Positions 1-9,876 of a DNA stretch of 37,962 bases are shown here, piece by piece. Every line of letters starts with the position of its first letter. Position 1 is the first letter of the stretch. The position numbers and the translations under genes are program-made. The DNA is from an uncultured virus (IMG/VR IMGVR_UViG_3300013383_000003) (lineage: Duplodnaviria > Heunggongvirae > Uroviricota > Caudoviricetes > Crassvirales), in the IMG/VR virus record IMGVR_UViG_3300013383_000003, one strand, 5' to 3'. A model generated the notes under the pieces. It did no database searches and was not told the origin of the DNA. It was given only the letters and a program-made list of their open reading frames with translations.

Positions 1-634
1 AAGCTACTCCAATATTACCAAAGTAATTTTTAGAAAGCCATTGTGCAGAGGCTACATGCAATCCAGGGGCACATTCTACATTACTATCACAATTACACTT
101 CTTTCTGTCAAGTATTACCATTTCTCCCATTTTAATAACAGTAGAATGACTATAATGGTCTGTATATACTCTTTTTTTACTAGTAGCTTCTACATTTCTA
201 TAAGCTACAAAGAATCCACACTTGGCAAGTTTTATACCAAAGTTATTTAGAAATTTATAAAGATTCTCTCTACATTGTCTATTAGTATTAAGAGACATAA
301 GAGTCCAGAAGTTTTTATAAGTCTCTAATAATAGCTTATTTTTAGCTTTCTCTGCTTCTATAATAGACGATACTAAATCTGCTGGTAATGAAAGTGGTGA
401 CACATTCTTCCAATATATACAGCCATTCTTTACAGTAAGTATTTGAGAGCTTTTTATAGTTCTCTCAGTATTTAATATCTCCTTATAATTAGGGTCAAGT
501 AATGCTTTAATTTCTTCATCACTCTTAAGAGTAACAAGTTCTTTAAATTGCTCTTCTGTAAGCTGCTGCTCAATAATTTCTCCTGAATCTAGGAAGATGC
601 ATGCCTTACTTCCTACTTTAATTATTTTTTGCAT
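1..634 (-). CDS. rIIB: rIIB-like protein, partial (runs off the left edge)
   Basis: Not in the ORF track; translated by hand from ATG at 634: MQKIIKVGSKACIFLDSGE...NFWTLMSLNTNRQCRENLYKFL...CGFFVAYRNV...YTDHYS...MGEMV..DRKKCNCDSNVECAPGLHVAS. These motifs are typical of rIIB, and the start overlaps the end of an rIIA-like gene. Confidence 0.8.
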   Translation of the reverse strand, partial: MQKIIKVGSKACIFLDSGEIIEQQLTEEQFKELVTLKSDEEIKALLDPNYKEILNTERTIKSSQILTVKNGCIYWKNVSPLSLPADLVSSIIEAEKAKNKLLLETYKNFWTLMSLNTNRQCRENLYKFLNNFGIKLAKCGFFVAYRNVEATSKKRVYTDHYSHSTVIKMGEMVILDRKKCNCDSNVECAPGLHVASAQWLSKNYFGNIGVA

Positions 635-2838
635 AATAGTTTTATTAAATCATTATTTATCATTGTATTATAAGCTTCTGTTCCAACTCTAAAAGCTTTA
701 GTTTTAATTATTGCTTTTGTAAGAAAAATATTAGAACTACCTACATTTAATTGTGTAGACTGTAGTAGGGCTGTTGGTAATAGTTTTTCTACTTTCTGTA
801 TGGCTTCTTCATATTTTACTAATTTAGTAATTAAGGAGTCATACATACTCTTCTTATTAATAGTTGATATGTTCTCTATGCCTAAATACTTACCCCAGAA
901 AAGACTAAATTTTTGTAGTATTTTTATTAGTAGTATAGTCTCCTGCTTTATAGATTCTGGCAAATAGGGGAGTAGTTTTCTTACTTTAAAATAAGATACA
1001 GGTATATCATATGAAGATAATTCACATTTTACTCGTCCCAATAGCTTAAATTCAATAAGTTCTTTATCTTTAAATATATCTTCTAAAGTAACAAATCTAT
1101 TAGGAATTTCTTGTAATATCTTAGGTATCAATGTCTTGGGTGCTTGACACAAATTAAATCCTTTAAAGTCTGCTAAGTTTTTATACACTTCAAGATTTCT
1201 ACTATCAGTTAATAATATTCCTCCCCTAATTTCAGTCTTTATACTATGTTTTAATAGCTTTATACTATTGTAAATACTAGCATTATGAATATTGGTCTTG
1301 TAATGTACATTACTATACATTACAATTTTAATATCTTTTTGTGTACTAGTCTTAGTTTTCTTTTTCTTGAATTTTAGGTATTCTCTATCTGTTTTTACAT
1401 CTAATACTATAGCATTTTTTACAAATTCTTTGGTTATCTTAGTTCTAATATCATTAAAGGCTTTAAAGTCTGAATTAATAATGGTAGTGAATACTCTATC
1501 TAGTACACCAATATCTCCAGTAAGTATAGAATCATCACATATAACATAATAGCCTTGAAAGTTTTCAATAAGATATTTTCTTAAGGTTGGAGAGATAGTT
1601 TTAGTTCCAGAAATAACCAAATATTTTTTATTTATTTCTAGGAATTGGCAATAAGTCTTATAGTCTTGTGTTATTATTCTGTTATTATTAATTAATCTAA
1701 TAGCATTATCTGATAATCCATTTGCATGTGTTACACTACAATATAATACATTTTTAATGATGTCAATTTGTGATGTATTAAGAGTATATCCATATAATTG
1801 TATATTATCTGAAGAAATACAACAAGGGTAACCAAAGCTTGAACAAGCTATTTCTTTATCAGATAATAGATTAAATACACATTTTTTATTTGCAACATGT
1901 AAATATTCTAAGACATTATTATAGTTTTTATGAAATTCTTGAGTTACAATATCATCCAGCTCTTTTTTAGCCTCTTTTAGTCTTTTCTCTATTATTTCTA
2001 TACTTCTATTAGTATAGATAATATCTTCTCTATTTGGAGTTACATCAAGTTCTCCTATATTAAACTTAATAAATATTCCTTTATTTACAATAGATGCTAG
2101 AAAATCCTTAGCTTCTTTGGATAAACTATCACATGTGCAAGGATATAATACATTACCTAAAAGAAATATATTTTCTGTACGATAATTAGCAGCTTTAAAA
2201 GCATGATAATCTACTATTTTCCAATAAGTATTATAATCAAAGTCTGATATAGTATTATCAATATAAATATTAGGAAAGAATAGTAACTTTCTTAATGGTA
2301 ATGAAAATCTATAAAGGTCAGTTCCTTTAATAGTTACTTCAAGACCATTTTTTTCATCAGTATTAATAGTACTAACTAAGTTAATAGTAATATTACCAGT
2401 ATCTTTAGTCATTACATAACTATACTGTTTACCATTATAATAAGAAGTTATATAACCTATTGAAGTACAAGCCATTATACTAAATCTGCCTATACCAAAG
2501 CATCCTATAAAGTTATTACTTTCTCTTTTAGTACTACTTCCTATATTACAATATATTTCTTTAAATCTTTCAGGACTTAATCCTGTACCAAAATCTCTAA
2601 TACTAATAGAGTTTTCAGTAACCTTAATAATAATAGGAATATCAGTAGTTCTTGCTTCTACATGACTATCCCAAGCATTACTTACTATTTCTCTTATAAA
2701 GGAATCTTCCGGCTTTGAATATAAATTAGATGATAACAATGTAGTTATAATATCTAAATTCTTGGGGTCAATACTTGTCTTATACTCTTGAATATCTCCT
2801 ATTAATTGTATATCACTTTGTTGATTTTGTAGTATCAT
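622..2838 (-). CDS. rIIA: rIIA-like protein with N-terminal GHKL/Hsp90-type ATPase domain
   Basis: 738 aa; GHKL motifs REIVSNAWDSH, IRDFGTGLS, GCFGIG and the later GELDVTPNRE; paired with rIIB. Confidence 0.8.
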   Translation of the reverse strand: MILQNQQSDIQLIGDIQEYKTSIDPKNLDIITTLLSSNLYSKPEDSFIREIVSNAWDSHVEARTTDIPIIIKVTENSISIRDFGTGLSPERFKEIYCNIGSSTKRESNNFIGCFGIGRFSIMACTSIGYITSYYNGKQYSYVMTKDTGNITINLVSTINTDEKNGLEVTIKGTDLYRFSLPLRKLLFFPNIYIDNTISDFDYNTYWKIVDYHAFKAANYRTENIFLLGNVLYPCTCDSLSKEAKDFLASIVNKGIFIKFNIGELDVTPNREDIIYTNRSIEIIEKRLKEAKKELDDIVTQEFHKNYNNVLEYLHVANKKCVFNLLSDKEIACSSFGYPCCISSDNIQLYGYTLNTSQIDIIKNVLYCSVTHANGLSDNAIRLINNNRIITQDYKTYCQFLEINKKYLVISGTKTISPTLRKYLIENFQGYYVICDDSILTGDIGVLDRVFTTIINSDFKAFNDIRTKITKEFVKNAIVLDVKTDREYLKFKKKKTKTSTQKDIKIVMYSNVHYKTNIHNASIYNSIKLLKHSIKTEIRGGILLTDSRNLEVYKNLADFKGFNLCQAPKTLIPKILQEIPNRFVTLEDIFKDKELIEFKLLGRVKCELSSYDIPVSYFKVRKLLPYLPESIKQETILLIKILQKFSLFWGKYLGIENISTINKKSMYDSLITKLVKYEEAIQKVEKLLPTALLQSTQLNVGSSNIFLTKAIIKTKAFRVGTEAYNTMINNDLIKLLCKK

Positions 2839-2851
2839 CTTTTTTAAATTT

Positions 2852-2883
2852 AAAAGGGGAAATAGTAATATACTACTTCCCCT
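2852..2883 (-). terminator. Probable intrinsic terminator or stable hairpin upstream of rIIA
   Basis: Minus strand AGGGGAAGTAGTA-TAT-TACTATTTCCCCT followed by a short T run. Confidence 0.55.
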
Positions 2884-2910
2884 ACATCATAACTATTAAT
2901 CACACAAAAA

Positions 2911-3153
2911 CTAAGAATTAATATACTTTACTTCAGAATCAAGTAAAATATGTTTCTTCTTCAATATTTCTATAAGCTTATCACATTTACAAGTGTTTTT
3001 AGCTTTAGGAGCTTTAAGTTTAGCATTATACTTCTTCAAGAACTCCTCTAAATTTGCACTACTTACATTGGTAAAATTCTTACCAAAAGTTCTGTTTACT
3101 TCTTCTTTTAAATTCTTTGCAGTAATCTCTGCATACATTTCTTTTCTATCCAT
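2911..3153 (-). CDS. Hypothetical protein (80 aa)
   Basis: ATG-started ORF abutting the primase gene in the same operon. Confidence 0.7.
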   Translation of the reverse strand: MDRKEMYAEITAKNLKEEVNRTFGKNFTNVSSANLEEFLKKYNAKLKAPKAKNTCKCDKLIEILKKKHILLDSEVKYINS

Positions 3154-3155
3154 AC

Positions 3156-4118
3156 TTATTTAAATAAAGGTGTTATATATTCTTTGAATTTTTCCTCTCC
3201 CATAATTTTTCTTGCATCACTTATATCTTTTCCTCCTTCAAATTTAGGTAATACTACATTAGTGAATCCTGTAGATTCAGCGAGCTTTATAGCATCTTTT
3301 AATCCTACATCATCATTATCAAGACATATAAATATTTTATTATATCTTGATTTAAGATTATTGATAGCAGTTTTACTCATACTATATCCCTCTCCTTGTA
3401 TAGCTATTGCAGGTATATTAGTATGTATTGTAAGACATAAAGCATCTTTTAGAGAGGAGCATATACACAGTTTTTCTCCATGTTTAGGGATTTTAGTCCA
3501 TAAAGAGATTACTGATTTATCATGACCATTAGACCATTTAAATCCTTTAGTATTGAGAGGCTGATATATTTTTATAGAAGCATTATTCTCTTTAAATTCT
3601 ACATAAGCATAAGCTAATTTATCAGCTCCAAAGATATATGTCTTCCCATCTTTAATAACTATTTTATGAGATATAGGATATACATCAGCATATTTAAGCC
3701 ATTCAAGAGTAATACCATAAGATTCCCAATAGTCTATATCATATTTTCTCCACTCTCTAACTTTACATTTTATCTTTATATTCTTACTTACACTACAGAT
3801 AACCCGATGCTTTGGGGTATTAATAGTAATATCAGTAGATTTGAACTCTTTTTGTACCCTATCATACACTTCTCTAAAGCTACAATGCCACAGTTTACCT
3901 AATAAATCCCATAAATTACCGGATTCTCCTGTACTAAAGTCGGTATACCTAATATCAGTACCTTTAGGGCAATATAAGCCAAAAGAAGGCCTATTATCTT
4001 GCCTTAAAGGACTGTTTATTAGTATTGGTATCTTTGATATACCTAAGTAAAAAGCAGCAATTTCTGCCTGATTAAAGGATTCTATTGGATATAGAGCTTT
4101 GCTGCCTTTACTTATCAT
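3156..4118 (-). CDS. DNA primase (TOPRIM domain)
   Basis: N-terminal SPLRQDNRPSF...YTDFSTGESG, TOPRIM-like ICSSLKDAL, ICLDNDDVG (DxD) and KDISD; replication-module context. Confidence 0.8.
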   Translation of the reverse strand: MISKGSKALYPIESFNQAEIAAFYLGISKIPILINSPLRQDNRPSFGLYCPKGTDIRYTDFSTGESGNLWDLLGKLWHCSFREVYDRVQKEFKSTDITINTPKHRVICSVSKNIKIKCKVREWRKYDIDYWESYGITLEWLKYADVYPISHKIVIKDGKTYIFGADKLAYAYVEFKENNASIKIYQPLNTKGFKWSNGHDKSVISLWTKIPKHGEKLCICSSLKDALCLTIHTNIPAIAIQGEGYSMSKTAINNLKSRYNKIFICLDNDDVGLKDAIKLAESTGFTNVVLPKFEGGKDISDARKIMGEEKFKEYITPLFK

Positions 4119-5024
4119 TTATGCCCAAGGGTCTGAGTTATTAGTATCAAAAGGCATATCTCCTGTAGTATTTTGTTGGAATGTAGTAGGAGTTACTACA
4201 TATTCTCTTACAGGAGTTATTGCATATTCAGTATCTATACTTCTACCATTATCCATAGCATATTTAATATCTGAATTAATAGCTTTCTCTATCTTATTAA
4301 AGTTCTTAGATTTAATAGAAGCAAACTCCTTAGTATAAACAGTTTGATATTGTTTACCATCTTCTCCTGTTCTTACACCTAAACATACTCTAATAGGATT
4401 GTTAGGCTGATACCCTATAATGTCTCTAATATCACTAAAATCTCCTTTAGCAAGTTTAGAGAAAGTAGAAATATCTAATCTACATTCGCATAAAGAGGGG
4501 TCTATTTCAGTATTAAGAACATAAGAACCTGTAGCTTCATCCCGTTTTTCTATAGAAGGAATGCCAAGAAATATCTTAATAAACTTAGTAAGATTTTCTT
4601 CTCCTTCATAAGCTATCCTATAGTCTTTATCTATTTTAGCTTGGCTACCATTACTAAATGTAGGAATTATTCCATTTCTAATCTCATCTTCTGTAGCCCA
4701 AGTAGTTCTACCATATTTATCTATTATTTGATATTTACCAGACTTAGTACCCTGTACCTTGTTACTGGTAATAAAGAAAGACATAGTAAAAAGAGGCATA
4801 TCTTTATGAGTAGGCTTCAATACTAAACTAATTCTAATATTCTTAAATTTCTTACCATCTCTTTCTACATCTTCTACATAGGAAGGTTCTTTTTCAAGTG
4901 TATAATTAAACAATTTCTCCAGTTCTTCTTTATTAGGATTAACTGCTACTACACATACTGGACATACACCAATATATCTTTTATACTCTTTTTGTTCTAA
5001 TGATTGACCTTTTGCTATTGCCAT
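4119..5024 (-). CDS. Replication-module protein, possibly ssDNA-binding
   Basis: 301 aa; acidic and aromatic C-terminal tail (GDMPFDTNNSDPWA); lies between the AAA NTPase and the primase. Function is inference. Confidence 0.5.
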   Translation of the reverse strand: MAIAKGQSLEQKEYKRYIGVCPVCVVAVNPNKEELEKLFNYTLEKEPSYVEDVERDGKKFKNIRISLVLKPTHKDMPLFTMSFFITSNKVQGTKSGKYQIIDKYGRTTWATEDEIRNGIIPTFSNGSQAKIDKDYRIAYEGEENLTKFIKIFLGIPSIEKRDEATGSYVLNTEIDPSLCECRLDISTFSKLAKGDFSDIRDIIGYQPNNPIRVCLGVRTGEDGKQYQTVYTKEFASIKSKNFNKIEKAINSDIKYAMDNGRSIDTEYAITPVREYVVTPTTFQQNTTGDMPFDTNNSDPWA

Positions 5025-5052
5025 TTTTTCTAGTTTTTAAATGATTAATGAA

Positions 5053-5421
5053 TTAAAATGTTATTGTATTATTAAATGAATCTTCGTTATTTGCTTCTTC
5101 TTTACGTGGTTCTTCTATATCAACAGGAGGTACTATAGTATCTGGATAAATAAACTCATAAGTAGTTTTCTTGATAATCTTGCCATTTTTATCAACTTTA
5201 TCAGTAGGAGTAATTACTTTCCTAATAATATCTTCAGTATGATACCCTGTTAGTGCTACAGTAGGAGCATCAGTAACTTCAATAAGTTTATTAAGTTCTT
5301 CTACTTCTTTTGTAAGCTCTGCAATCTGTTCTTGATACTTGTTTCTTTGCTTAATAAAAGCTTCTACATTTTGAGCTGTTCTTTTAATTCTAGCCAACTC
5401 AAAGCTACTAAATTTCTTCAT
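5053..5421 (-). CDS. Hypothetical coiled-coil protein (122 aa)
   Basis: Heptad-like N-terminal half; in operon. Confidence 0.7.
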   Translation of the reverse strand: MKKFSSFELARIKRTAQNVEAFIKQRNKYQEQIAELTKEVEELNKLIEVTDAPTVALTGYHTEDIIRKVITPTDKVDKNGKIIKKTTYEFIYPDTIVPPVDIEEPRKEEANNEDSFNNTITF

Positions 5422-5442
5422 TTGTCTTTGTGTTTTTAGTTA

Positions 5443-6243
5443 TTAAATAAATATTCCATTACAATTAAATTTTACATTTCCCTTATCATCAGACTCTCCT
5501 ATAAGAAATTTCTTTCCTCTTAAATGAGGACTTCTTGCTTCTCTTATAGTGCCTTCTCCTCCTATGAAAGAAAGATATGTTTTATTACTACTTCTATAGA
5601 TTACTCCGACAGCATCAGCTTCTCCACAAAGAATGTCTGATGTCTTCCCTGCTAAATCAATACTCAGCTCTGAAATTTCTTCACTATCTTTTAGTACAGT
5701 CTTATCTTTTACATGAGTAATTAATATAAGAGTATCACATAAAGGTCTAAACATATCTATAAGTTTTCTAAGAGCCTTTCTCATATAAGTATAACCACTA
5801 CCATTTGGTAGCTGTCTTACATCAGCTTTAGGGTCTAAAACAGGTTGTCCTGTCTTAGGATTTATTACTGTCATACCATTAGCATCTTTAAGATAGCCAT
5901 ATTTAGCACCCATAGGAGTTTCTCTATATAGTTGATTAGCTACAGCAACACTTAGTTCTTCAAGCCTTGTAGCATTATCTATAGTAATTCTTTTAAAGGG
6001 GGCTTTATGAAGCTCTTTGCCCTTAGCTATAATAGCATCTCTAATTTCTTCAAGGTCTTTAGCTGTTCTAGCTTGTACTTTCATTACAGATAGTGCTCTA
6101 TAGCCATTCTCAAGGTCTATAACAAGATTATCTTCTATAGAAGATATAAAGGAACTCTTGCCACATTTGGGCCTCCCGCCAATTATTAATAAACTAGGGT
6201 TATAATTTTCTACTTTACTTTTTTCTGTAGGTAATTCTATCAT
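5443..6243 (-). CDS. AAA_24/Sak4-like P-loop NTPase
   Basis: Walker A GRPKCGKS, IDLENG, ITIDNAT, GSGY and LILITHVKD motifs. Confidence 0.75.
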   Translation of the reverse strand: MIELPTEKSKVENYNPSLLIIGGRPKCGKSSFISSIEDNLVIDLENGYRALSVMKVQARTAKDLEEIRDAIIAKGKELHKAPFKRITIDNATRLEELSVAVANQLYRETPMGAKYGYLKDANGMTVINPKTGQPVLDPKADVRQLPNGSGYTYMRKALRKLIDMFRPLCDTLILITHVKDKTVLKDSEEISELSIDLAGKTSDILCGEADAVGVIYRSSNKTYLSFIGGEGTIREARSPHLRGKKFLIGESDDKGNVKFNCNGIFI

Positions 6244-6946
6244 GTTTTTGTTTGTTAAAAATGTTATTTATTCTTGTAAACATGAAGGCTAGTAGAGTAA
6301 CCTTGGACACTTTTGTCTGTTTCTTTCTCTCTAGTACTTCATAAACTTTTTGTATACCATTATAATCATTTGGTTTAGGCAATTCCTTGAAGAAAGAAAC
6401 TGCACCATCGAAGAACAAGGGACATATGTTGCCATTAGCTCCGTAGTCTCTATCCTCAATGATTTCCATAAACCTAATATGATTTCTAAATTTGGTAATA
6501 TCATACTCTTCATACTTAGTAAGACCATACTTGAATGGGCTATAAAGACCTATCACCATATTAGCATCTCTGGTGGTAGTCTTACAGTCTGCAAGTCCAT
6601 CTGATGATGGTTTAATCCTATTGAGTTTGAAGTTCTCAATACCTTCCTGTGCTTGTGCTTGATGCTGAATCATAACAATGGTATAATTAAGTTGGTCTCT
6701 GAGAGTAATGCAATATTTTGACATTTTCTCTACAGTTTCCATCTTTTTCATACCACTTTCAGTAGACAAGTTAGAAGTATTATCAAGTAACATTATCCTA
6801 TACTCTTCAGGGTCATCAGGAGTGTAAGGGTTTACTGGGTCTACAATCTTTATTTTGGTCATAGTACCATCAGCTTCCTTACTATCTACCTCTTTGAAGT
6901 TAAGATGCCCATGACTTAAAGCATAGTCTCTACATTTCTTATTTAT
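6215..6946 (-). CDS. dnaB: DnaB-like replicative helicase, exon 3 (spliced product about 403 aa)
   Basis: Starts INKKCRDY directly after the terminal G of intron 2; contains IMLLDNTS (Walker B-like), IQHQ and RDANMVIGLY. Confidence 0.85.
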   Translation of the reverse strand: MNKKCRDYALSHGHLNFKEVDSKEADGTMTKIKIVDPVNPYTPDDPEEYRIMLLDNTSNLSTESGMKKMETVEKMSKYCITLRDQLNYTIVMIQHQAQAQEGIENFKLNRIKPSSDGLADCKTTTRDANMVIGLYSPFKYGLTKYEEYDITKFRNHIRFMEIIEDRDYGANGNICPLFFDGAVSFFKELPKPNDYNGIQKVYEVLERKKQTKVSKVTLLAFMFTRINNIFNKQKHDRITYRKK

Positions 6947-7156
6947 CATACTACTACTAGTTTCCTAGCCATATCTGTTTGTAGTCTGGACTATTTCTTC
7001 AACCTTATCAAGGCTGCATCTGCATCTAGTCTCTGGGGCTGAATCTATTATTAATTTCACAATATATAATAGCCTATGCCTCCTCAAGTTAGCATATCAA
7101 TTTCTTGACTTAGCTTTCGAGGATATTCAGATGTTATAATGTAACCAATTACTTAG

Positions 7157-7825
7157 TTACACGGCATTAATGGATTTCACATGTTTTATAGTTTTTCTAC
7201 CAAAATCCTCTGTTAAGCATATATGTTTTATATCTTCTAAACTTAATGAGTTTATTGATATAATATGTCCTTCAGTAGTAAGAGCCACACCATTATGTTT
7301 TCTTGTACTGTTATTCAAACTATGATAAGACACTTTACCTGTGTAAGAAGCTACCTCAGGCATAGTAATATTTTCTTTAATAACATTAAAGCCTGTATCA
7401 TAGATATTATATCTTTTTCCAACTCCTTTCCTAGGATTTGTATAACCTTTCTTTGTATAAAGCTCCTTAGTGGCCAGAGATATTCTATCTTTCCAACTTT
7501 GAGTCCTTTCACAAAGTACTGGAGTTATAATATTAAAAGCTGGTTGGTACTTTTCTATGTAATACCACTCTAAATCTCTTAGTACTTCTTCATTAAACTC
7601 AATTAACTTAACTAAAACTTCAAACTTGAAAGAATCCTCTCCATATTTATTATAGGCGTTCTGTAAGTACTTAGAAGAATGCCTATTACCTCTTAGTAAT
7701 GCAAGGTGTTGTTGCCATCTTTCTTTAATATTTACAGAAGAGCCAATATAAATTTGAGAGTCTTTAATACAAGTTATTCTATATACTCCACACCAATTTT
7801 CGTAGTCTTTACCTATATTCTGCAT
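7157..7825 (-). CDS. GIY-YIG homing endonuclease (intron 2)
   Basis: CGVYRI...IYIGSS..IKERWQQH motif, later E and N residues; lies inside the intron. Confidence 0.9.
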   Translation of the reverse strand: MQNIGKDYENWCGVYRITCIKDSQIYIGSSVNIKERWQQHLALLRGNRHSSKYLQNAYNKYGEDSFKFEVLVKLIEFNEEVLRDLEWYYIEKYQPAFNIITPVLCERTQSWKDRISLATKELYTKKGYTNPRKGVGKRYNIYDTGFNVIKENITMPEVASYTGKVSYHSLNNSTRKHNGVALTTEGHIISINSLSLEDIKHICLTEDFGRKTIKHVKSINAV

Positions 7826-7844
7826 ATCTATTATTTTAGTTATG

Positions 7845-7876
7845 CAAAGGTACTAAAAATTTAGCAAAAATCCAAA
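7845..7876 (-). promoter_or_regulatory. Bacteroidota sigma-A-type promoter for the intron 2 endonuclease
   Basis: TTTG-N20-TACCTTTG matches the -33/-7 consensus TTTG-N19-21-TAnnTTTG. Confidence 0.75.
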
Positions 7877-7879
7877 TTT

Positions 7880-8198
7880 ACCTGTAGGATTTTTCTCACT
7901 ATCAATATACTCTACTATATCTTCAAACTTCTTGATATATCTCTGGTATTTCTCAGAGTCTAATTTATTAAGAATTTCCTGTGGCACAGGATAGTTTTTA
8001 TCAGTACTCTCAAGCTCTGTAGGAGATATTTCTATTCTATCTAACCTATAAAGTAAATGACATAGAAACTCAATATATTTCTTTCTAGGACTTTCCTCAA
8101 GACAGAAATAAAGTATCTTTACTCTTACCTCAGGATGTTCCATAATAAAGAACAGAGTTTCATAGACATAAACAAAGTCACAGAACTTGGTTTTTCCT
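7880..8198 (-). CDS. dnaB: DnaB-like helicase, exon 2
   Basis: Supplies GKTK of Walker A and ILYFCLEES; the track ORF 7853..8218 overshoots both splice sites. Confidence 0.85.
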
Positions 8199-8405
8199 CT
8201 TACCACTATAGTTTTCACTACCTATAAAATAGTTTGTGGTCTGGACTATGTTTTCAACCTTAGTAAGGTTGCACCTGTATCTAGTCTCTGGGGCTGAATC
8301 TAATCTTATAGTTTCACAACTAAGATTAGCCTATGCCTCCTCAAGTTGGCATATCAATTTCTTGACTTAGCTTTCGAGGATATCCAGGTGTTATAATATG
8401 AATAA

Positions 8406-9044
8406 TTACTCATTCACACGGCAGTGCCTATAATTCTCATATTTAGCATTTTGTTGGATAGACCTAATAACTAAGGGAGTAAGTTTTTCAAATTTATATG
8501 AAAACCTATAACCTTTGCATTGCTGGTATGTACCGTTTAGTACTCTACAAATACTTGAAGCAGCTATATTTAACTTATTTGCTGTATCTTTTACACCATT
8601 AGAATTTACAAAGAGGAAATTCCCATCTAGGTTATACACATATATTGGTATTGGATTGAAATTCCATTCCAATTTTCCTTCTTTGTGCAGTCTCCTTCTA
8701 GTTTCTCCTTGCTTAATCCTAGACTCTTTAGACAAAACATTTCTTTTTACCTTTTTGGTAATATTATACTCTGCTCCAAATAAGTCAATACAATATTGTT
8801 CTCTCCTAGTTAATATAGTAATATCACATTTTTCAATTACAGACCATTCAAATGAAGATTCTCCATATTTATTCCAAGCATTTTGTAAATAAGCATTTTC
8901 ATGCTTATTATGTCTCAACAGAGCAAAATGCTTCAATAGCCTTTGATAAATATTCTTTGAACTTCCTATATAAACTTTATAATTTACTACATTCTCTATA
9001 CAATAAATGCCAGATACTTTTAACTCTTTTGTAATCTTTTCCAT
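8406..9044 (-). CDS. GIY-YIG homing endonuclease with C-terminal NUMOD1/HTH-like module (intron 1)
   Basis: SGIYCI...VYIGSSKNIYQRL..H; C-terminal PIYVYNLDG...ASSICRVLNG...GYRF. Confidence 0.9.
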   Translation of the reverse strand: MEKITKELKVSGIYCIENVVNYKVYIGSSKNIYQRLLKHFALLRHNKHENAYLQNAWNKYGESSFEWSVIEKCDITILTRREQYCIDLFGAEYNITKKVKRNVLSKESRIKQGETRRRLHKEGKLEWNFNPIPIYVYNLDGNFLFVNSNGVKDTANKLNIAASSICRVLNGTYQQCKGYRFSYKFEKLTPLVIRSIQQNAKYENYRHCRVNE

Positions 9045-9064
9045 ATTACTTTATTTTTGGACTG

Positions 9065-9097
9065 CAAATATAAAGTAAAAATTTCCAATTATACAAT
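9065..9097 (-). promoter_or_regulatory. Bacteroidota-type promoter for the intron 1 endonuclease
   Basis: ATTG-N21-TATATTTG, ending about 20 nt before the ATG. Confidence 0.65.
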
Positions 9098-9122
9098 AGA
9101 ATAAATGAATTATTCAGCTTTT

Positions 9123-9283
9123 ACCTTCTGATTGGCTGTACATATAATAAACTTTCCCATTTGAGTTCCAGGCAGAAACATTCTAAACCTAGGAAATGGA
9201 AATGGAATACAGTTATATAAACCACTTAAAGCTCTTTCCTGTCTTCCAATCAGATAAGACTTAACACTATTAAAGTAGCTCAT
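9123..9283 (-). CDS. dnaB: DnaB-like helicase, exon 1
   Basis: ATG at 9283 overlaps the upstream stop (ATGA); CIPFPFPRF...ICTANQKV leads into Walker A. Exons 161+319+732 = 1212 nt, in frame. Confidence 0.85.
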
Positions 9284-9876
9284 ATCATTGTAGACATCCA
9301 ATCATCTCTTTGATTACCAACTTGACCACTATTTTCAATAAGAGACATAAGCTCTGACTTTACCTCAATATTGCCATCTGCATCCCTAATAGACTTCAAT
9401 ATGAAGTATTTAAGTAGCTGCATATATCTGTAGTTACCATTGAATGAGCTTATATAGTCTTTAGTAGCCTTTAACACTTCCTCCTTGTTAAGAGTGTAAC
9501 CATACTTTACTACAAGGGTTTTTAATTTCTTAGCTATTTCTACTGTAGTTCCTCTCCACATATAATTAGTTCCTGCTTTTCTTCCTCTAGGATAGAGTTC
9601 TTTAAGTTGCTTAGCTAAATCTATATAAAATTCTTCAGAAATATCTTTAGTATCTGTAGAATCTATTATAATATCTTCTAATAGCTTTTTTACTTCATTA
9701 CTTAGAATAAGCTTATTATCATAGAACAGGTCTTTATTAGCAAAACCTTTAGCTATTACGGATTGTTGTATTTTACCAATATCCATATCTTTAGCAGCTA
9801 TATAGAGCACAAAATATTCTTCAATAGTCATATTATATTGCTCTAGTATAGCTTCATTAATTACTAAATTCATCAC
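9280..9876 (-). CDS. Hypothetical replication protein (possible initiator or helicase loader)
   Basis: 198 aa, translationally coupled to the helicase. Function inferred from position only. Confidence 0.5.
   Translation of the reverse strand: MMNLVINEAILEQYNMTIEEYFVLYIAAKDMDIGKIQQSVIAKGFANKDLFYDNKLILSNEVKKLLEDIIIDSTDTKDISEEFYIDLAKQLKELYPRGRKAGTNYMWRGTTVEIAKKLKTLVVKYGYTLNKEEVLKATKDYISSFNGNYRYMQLLKYFILKSIRDADGNIEVKSELMSLIENSGQVGNQRDDWMSTMI

Larger units (their letters stand above)
6947..7879 (-). mobile_element. Group I intron 2 in the helicase gene (933 nt), homing endonuclease in the P1 loop
   Basis: 5' exon ends in U (ACAGGT) and intron ends in G (GTATG); removal gives in-frame NPTG|INKK. 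R element CCAGAGACTAGA, S element AAGAAATAGTCC (P7 GACTA/TAGTC), P3 CATCTG/CAGATG. Confidence 0.9.
8199..9122 (-). mobile_element. Group I intron 1 in the helicase gene (924 nt), splitting Walker A
   Basis: 5' exon ends AAGGT (U) and intron ends GGTAAG (G); the join restores TANQKV-GKTKF. R element CCAGAGACTAGA, S element AAAACATAGTCC, P3 CACCTG/CAGGTG. Confidence 0.9.
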
